Source: Eledone cirrhosa (taxonomy: Eukaryota). Taken from it: DNA of 64,000 bases. Of the stretch, positions 57,201 to 64,000 are shown piece by piece (within the stretch, counting starts at the first letter, position 1; every line of letters starts with the position of its first letter). The notes beneath the pieces were generated by a model. It had not been told where the DNA came from and ran no database searches. It saw only the letters and a list, made by a program, of their open reading frames with translations. Made by a program: the position numbers and the translations under genes. The stretch spans positions 136,958,001-137,022,000 of the forward strand of contig OZ024743.1 of the NCBI GenBank assembly GCA_964016885.1, read 5' to 3'.

Positions 57201-60200
57201 CCAAGACCGAAGCACCAAACACCAAGCACCAAGCACAAAGCACCAAGCACCAAGCACCAAAAACCAAACACCAAGCACCAAGTACCAAACACCAAGCACC
57301 AAGCACCAAACACCAAGCACCAAGCACCAATCACCAAACACCAAGAACCAAGCACCAAAAACCAAGCACCAAGCACCAAGCACCAGGCACCAAGCACCAA
57401 GCACCAAACACAAAACACCAAGCACCAAGAACCAAGCAGCAAACACCAAGCATCAAACACCAAACACCAAATACCAAGCACCAAACACCAAGCACCAAGC
57501 ACCAAACACCAAACACCAAGCACCAAGCACCAAGCACCAAACACCAAACACCAAGCACCAAACACCAGATACCAAGCACCAAGCACCAAACACCAAACTC
57601 CAAGCACCAAGCACCAAACACCAAACAATAAGCACCAGGCACCAAACACCAAACACCAAGCACCAAGCACCAAACACCAAACACCAAGCACGCAGCATCA
57701 AACACCAAGCACCAAGCACCAAGCACCAAATACCAAGCACCAAGCACCAAACACCAACCACCAAACACAAAGCACCGAGCACCAAACACCAAGCACCAAG
57801 CACCAAACACCAAGCACCAAGCACCAAACACCAAACCCCAAGCACCAAGCACCAAACACTAATCACCAAGCACCAAGCACCAAATAACAAGCACCAAGCA
57901 CCAAGCACCAGGCACCAAGCAGCAAGCACCAAACACTAATCACCAAGCACCAAGCACCAAGCACCAAACACCAAGCACCAAGCACCAAACACCAAACACC
58001 AAGATCCAAAGACCAAGCACCAAGCCCCAAGCACCAAGCACCAAAAAATAAGCACCAAGCACCAAACACCAAGCACCAAGCACCAAACACCAACCACCCA
58101 GCACCAAGCACCAAGCACCAAACACCAAGCACCAAACACCAAACACCAAGCACCAAGCACCAAGCGCCAAGCACCAAACACCAAGCACCAAGCACTAAGC
58201 ACCAAACACCAAGCCCCAAGCAGCAAGCACTAAACACCAAACACCAAGCGCCAAGCACCAAACACCAAGCACCAAGCACCAAGCACCTAGCACCAAACAC
58301 CAAACACCAAGCACCAAGCACCAAACACCAAGCACCAATCACCAAGCACCAAACACCAAGCAGCAAGCAGCAAGCACCAAACACCAAACACCAAGCACCA
58401 AGCACCAAACACCAAGCACCAAGGACCACACATCAAACACCAAGCACAAAGCACCAAACACCTAACACCAAGCACCAAGCACCAAGCACCAAGCACCGAA
58501 CACCAAGCACCAAACACCAAGCACCAAACACCAAGCACCAAGCACCAAACACCAAGCACCAAACACCAAGCACCAAACACCAAGCACCAAAAACCAAACA
58601 CCAAGCACCAACTACTAAACACCAAGCACCAAGCACCAAACACCAAGCACCAAGCACCAAAAACCAAACACCAAGAACCAAGCACCAAACACCAAGCACC
58701 AAGGACCAAGCACCAGGCACCAAGCACCAAGCACCAAACACAAAACACCAAGCACCAAGCACCAAGCAGCAAACACCAAGCATCAAACACCAAACACCAA
58801 ACACCAAGCACCAAACACCAAGCACAAAGCACCAAACACCAAACACCAAGCACCAAACACCAAGCACCAAGCACCAAACACCAAGCACCAAGCACCAAGC
58901 ACCAAACATCAAACACCAAACACCAAGCACCAAGCACCAAACACCAAGCACCAAACACCAAACCCCAAGCACCAATCACAAAACACTAATCACCAAGCAC
59001 CAAGCACCAAACACCGAGCACCAAGCATCAAGCACCAAACACCAAGCACCAAGCACCAAACACCAAACCCCAAGCACCAAAGACCAAGCACCAAGCACCA
59101 AGGACCAAACACCAAGCACCAAGGACCAAGCAACAAACACCAAGCACCAAGCACCAAACACCCAGCACCAAGCACCAAGCACCAAACACCAAACACCAAG
59201 CACGCAGCATCAAACACCAAGCACCAAGCACCAAGCACCAAGCACCAATTACCAAACACCAACCACCAAGCACCAAACACCAAACACCAATCACCAAACA
59301 CCAAGCACGAAACACCAGGCACCAAGCACCAAGTACCAAACACCAAACACCAAGCACCAAACACCAGCCACCAAGCACCAAGCACCAAACACCAAACACC
59401 AAGCACTAAGCACCAAACACCAAACAGCAAGCACCAGGCACCAAGCACCAAACACCAAACACCAAGCACGCAGCACCAAACACCAAGCACCAAGCACCAA
59501 GCACCAAACACCAAGCACCAAGCACCAAGCACCAAACACCAAAACCAAGCACCAAGCACCAAGAATCAAACACCAAACACCAAACAGCAAGCACCAAGCA
59601 CCAAACACCAAGCACCAAACACCAAACACCAAGCACTAAGCACCAAACACCAAACAACAAGCACCAGGCACCAAGCACCAAACACCAAACACCAAGCACG
59701 CAGCACCAAACACCAAGCACCAAGTACCAAACACCAAACACCAAGCACCAAGCCCCAAGCACCAAACACCAAACACCAAACACCAAGCACCAAGAACCAA
59801 ACACCAAACACCAAACAGCAGGCACCAAGCACCAAACACCAAGCACCAATCACCAAACACTAATCACCAAGCACCAAGCCCCAAACACCAAGCACCAAGC
59901 AGCAAGCACCAAACACCAAGCACCAAGCACCAAACACCAAGCACCAAACACCAAGCACCAAGCACCAAACACCAAACCCCAAGCACCTAACACCAAGCAC
60001 CAAGCACCAAGGACCAAAAACCAAGCACCAAGCACCAAACACCAAACACCAAACAACAAGCATCAAGCACCAAACAGCAAGCACCAAACACCAAGCACCA
60101 AACACCAAGCACCAAACACAAAGTCCCACGCACCAAGCACCAAACACCAAACACCAAGCACCAAGCACCAAACACCAAGCACCAAGCACCAAGCCCCTAG

Positions 60201-63200
60201 CACCAAACACCAAACACCAAGCAAAAACCACAAAACATCAAGCACCAATCACCAAGCACCAAACACCAAGCAGCAAGCAGCAAGCACCAAACACGAACGA
60301 CCAAGCACCAAGCACCAAATACCAAACACCAAGCACCAAGGACCAAACATCAAACACCAAGCACCAAGCACCAAACGCCTAACACCAAGCACCAAGCACC
60401 AAGCACCAAGCACCAAACACCAAGCACCAATCACCAAACACCAAGCACCAAGCACCAAACACCAAGCACCAGGCACCAAGCAGCAAACACCAAGCACCAA
60501 GCACCAATCCCCAAGCACCAAACACCAAACCTCAAGCACCAAGCACAAAACACTAATCACCAAGCACCAAGCACCAAACAACAAGCACCAAGCACCAAGC
60601 ACCAGGCACCAAGCACCAAGCACCAAACACTAATCACCAAGCACCAAGTACCAAACACCAAACACCAAGCACCAAACACCAAACACCAAGCACCAATCAC
60701 CAAGCACGAAACACCAGGCACCAAGCACCAAGCACCAAACACCAAACACCAAGCACCATACACCAGCCACCAAGCAGCAAGCACCAAACACCAAACACCA
60801 AGCACTAAGCACCAAACACCAAACAACAAGCACCAGGCACCAAGCACCAAACACCAAACACCAAGCACGCATCACCAAACACCAAGCACCAAGCAACAAG
60901 CACCAAAAACCAAGCACCAAGCACCAAGCACCAAAAACCAAACACCAAACACCAAGCACCAAGAACCAAACAGCAAACACCAAACAGCAAGCACCAAGCA
61001 CCAAACACCAAGCACCAAACACCAAACCCCAAGCACCAATCACCAAACACTAATCACCAAGCACCAAGCACCAAACACCGAGCACCAAACACCAGGCACC
61101 AAGCACCAAACACCAAACCCCAACCACCATAGACCAAGCACCAAGCACCAAAGAACAAACACCAAGCACCAAGCACCAAGCACCAAACACCAAGCACCAA
61201 GCACCAAACACCCAGCACCAAGCACCAGCCACCAAGCACCAAGCACCAAACACCAAACACCAAGCACTAAGCACCAAACACCAAACAGCAAGCACCAGGC
61301 ACCAAGCACCAAACACCAAGCACCAAGCACCAAACACCAAGCACCAAGACCGAAGCACCAAACACCAAGCACCAAGCACAAAGCACCAAGCACCAAGCAC
61401 CAAAAACCAAACACCAAGCACCAAGAACCAAACACCAAGCACTAAGCACCAAACACCAAGCACCAAGCACCAATCACCAAACACCAAGAACCAAGCACCA
61501 AACACCAAGCACCAAGCACCAAGCACCAGGCACCAAGCACCAAGCACCAAACACAAAACACCAAGCACCAAGAACCAAGCAGCAAACACCAAGCATCAAA
61601 CACCAAACACCAAATACCAAGCACCAAACACCAAGCACCAAGCACCTAACACCAAACACCAAGCACCAAGCACCAAGCACCAAACACCAAACACCAAGCA
61701 CCAAACACCAGATACCAAGCACCAAGCACCAAACACCAAACTCCAAGCACCAAGCACCAAACACCAAACAACAAGCACCAGGCACCAAACACCAAACACC
61801 AAGCACCAAGCACCAAACACCAACCACCAAACACAAAGCACCAAGCACCAAACACCAAGCACCAAGCACCAAACACCAAGCACCAAGCACCAAACACCAA
61901 ACCCCAAGCACCAAGCACCAAATACTAATCACCAAGCACCAAGCACCAAATAACAAGCACCAAGCACCAAGCACCAGGCACCAAGCAGCAAGCACCAAAC
62001 ACTAATCACCAAGCACCAAGCACCAAGCACCAAACACCAAGCACCAAGCACCAAACACCAAACACCAAGATCCAAAGACCAAGCACCAAGCCCCAAGCAC
62101 CAAGCACCAGAAAATAAGCACCAAGCACCAAACACCAAGCACCAAGCACCAAACACCAACCACCCAGCACCAAGCACCAAGCACCAAACACCAAGCACCA
62201 AACACCAAACACCAAGCACCAAGCACCAAGCGCCAAGCACCAAACACCAAGCACCAAGCACTAAGCACCAAACACCAAGCCCCAAGCAGCAAGCACTAAA
62301 CACCAAACACCAAGCACCAAGCACCAAACACCAAGCACCAAGCACCAAGCACCTAGCACCAAACACCAAACACCAAGCACCAAGCACCAAACACCAAGCA
62401 CCAATCACCAAGCACCAAACACCAAGCAGCAAGCAGCAAGCACCAAACACCAAACACCAAGCACCAAGCACCAAACACCAAGCACCAAGGACCACACATC
62501 ATACACCAAGCACCAAGCACCAAACACCTAACACCAAGCACCAAGCACCAAGAACCAAGCACCAAGCACCGAACACCAAGCACCAAACACCAAGCACCAA
62601 ACACCAAGCACTAAGCACCAAACACCAAGCACCAAACACCAAGCACCAAACACCAAGCACCAAAAACCAAACACCAAGCACCAACTACTAAACACCAAGC
62701 ACCAAGCACCAAACACCAAGCACCAAGCACCAAAAACCAAACACCAAGAACCAAGCACCAAACACCAAGCACCAAGGACCAAGCACCAGGCACCAAGCAC
62801 CAAGCACCAAACACAAAACACCAAGCACCAAGCACCAAGCAGCAAACACCAAGCATCAAACACTAAACACCAAACACCAAGCACCAAACACCAAGCACAA
62901 AGCACCAAACACCAAACACCAAGCACCAAGCACCAAACAACAAGCACCAGGCACCAGGCACCAAGCACCAAACACCAAACACCAAGCACGCAGCATCAAA
63001 CACCAAGCACCAAGCACAAAGCACCAAACACCAAGCACCAAGCACCAAGCACCAAGCACCAAACACCAAACACCAAGCACCAAACACCAGCCACCATGCA
63101 CCACGCACCAAACACCAAACACCAAGCACTAAGCACCAGACACCAAACAACAAGCACCAGGCACCAAGCACCAAACACCAAACACCAAGCACGCATCACC

Positions 63201-64000
63201 AAGCACCAAGCACCAAGCACCAAACACCAAGCACCAAGCACCAAGCACCAAACATCAAACACCAAACACCAAGCACCAAGCACCAAACACCAAGCACCAA
63301 ACACCAAACCCCAAGCACCAATCACAAAACACTAATCACCAAGCACCAAGCACCAAACACCGAGCACCAAGCATCAAGCACCAAACACCAAGCACCAAGC
63401 ACCAAGCACCAAACACCAAGCACCAAGCACCAAACACCAAACCCCAAGCACCAAAGACCAAGCACCAAGCACCAAGGACCAAACACCAAGCACCAAGGAC
63501 CAAGCAACAAACACCAAGCACCAAGCACCAAACACCCAGCACCAAGCACCAAGCACCAAACACCAAACACCAAGCACGCAGCATCAAACACCAAGCACCA
63601 AGCACCAAGCACCAAGCACCAATTACCAAACACCAACCACCAAGCACCAAACACCAAACACCAATCACCAAGCACCAAGCACGAAACACCAGGCACCAAG
63701 CACCAAGTACCAAACACCAAACACCAAGCACCAAACACCAGCCACCAAGCACCAAGCACCAAACACCAAACACCAAGCACTAAGCACCAAACACCAAACA
63801 GCAAGCACCAGGCACCAAGCACCAAACACCAAACACCAAGCACGCGGCACCAAACACCAAGCACCAAGCACCAAGCACCAAACACCAAGCACCAAGCACC
63901 AAGCACCAAGCACCAAACACCAAAACCAAGCACCAAGCACCAAGAATCAAACACCAAACACCAAACAGCAAGCACCAAGCACCAAACACCAAGCACCAAA
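54230..64000 (-). repeat. ~2.2-2.6 kb higher-order repeats plus a ~4.1-4.4 kb duplication (~57080-59630 recurs at ~61225-64000)
   Basis: ORF pairs 54447/57009 and 54562/57124 (2562); 55220/57453 (2233); 57863/61929, 57936/62002 and 58287/62353 (4066); 58976/63322 (4346). Marker CACCAATTACC at ~54400, ~56961, ~59243 and ~63617. Confidence 0.88.

Larger units (their letters stand above)
9034..64000 (-). repeat. Same heptamer satellite in inverted orientation, (CACCAAR)n on the + strand, ~7850 monomers, open at the window end
   Basis: Continuous CACCAAG/CACCAAA monomers, the reverse complement of the left-arm monomer. No non-repeat insert seen. Confidence 0.99.

Noticed and set aside
18-63999. 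Hundreds of overlapping ORFs (up to 816 aa) encoding WCLVLGA-like or HQAPSTK-like repeats
   Set aside because: They arise automatically from a stop-free 7-bp repeat. All frames overlap, starts and stops are sporadic point variants, and there is no non-repetitive domain or gene context.
1-64000. CRISPR array or other repeat-spacer system
   Set aside because: There are no unique spacers; variation is limited to substitutions within 7-bp monomers. No cas or RT genes are present.
1-64000. Canonical telomerase-synthesised telomere tract or stable G-quadruplex array
   Set aside because: The motif is not TTAGGG/TTTAGGG/TTAGG-type and variants are propagated in kb-scale duplications. Only GG doublets with 5-nt loops are present, allowing at most weak two-tier G4.
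1-64000. Bacterial heptamer repeats (cyanobacterial STRR-like)
   Set aside because: Those are short tracts between or within genes. A gene-free array of at least 64 kb with higher-order structure does not fit, although the taxon cannot be assigned from this window.
1-64000. Pure sequencing or low-complexity artefact
   Set aside because: Rare variants recur in conserved order at exact in-phase offsets with few indels, which random error would not produce.

Overview
The entire 64 kb is one 7-bp satellite array with consensus TTGGTG(C/T), or CACCAA(G/A) on the other strand. I see no unique sequence, gene, RNA gene, transposon or CRISPR array. All listed ORFs are by-products of a heptamer with no stop codon in any frame (WCLVLGA/WCLVFGV and HQAPSTK/HQTPNTK peptides). 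The array is highly structured. (i) It has one spacer-free orientation flip at 9033/9034 (…TTGG-T-CCAA…), joining a G/T-rich arm (1-9033) to a C/A-rich arm (9034-64000). The arms are not mirror images and carry arm-specific marker variants. (ii) One monomer position is a common C/T dimorphism, so the array reads as a binary string. (iii) Rare variant monomers reveal nested higher-order duplications (offsets such as 217, 329, ~365, 840, 1239, 1470/1540, 1681, 2149, 2562, 2964, 3367, 3633, 4066, ~5060 and 5305 bp) that keep the 7-bp phase. (iv) Marker variants are layered by position along the array. The organism and function (centromeric, telomere-like or other heterochromatic satellite) cannot be determined from the sequence alone. 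Offsets come from matching ORF-track coordinates and were spot-checked by eye; block boundaries are approximate.
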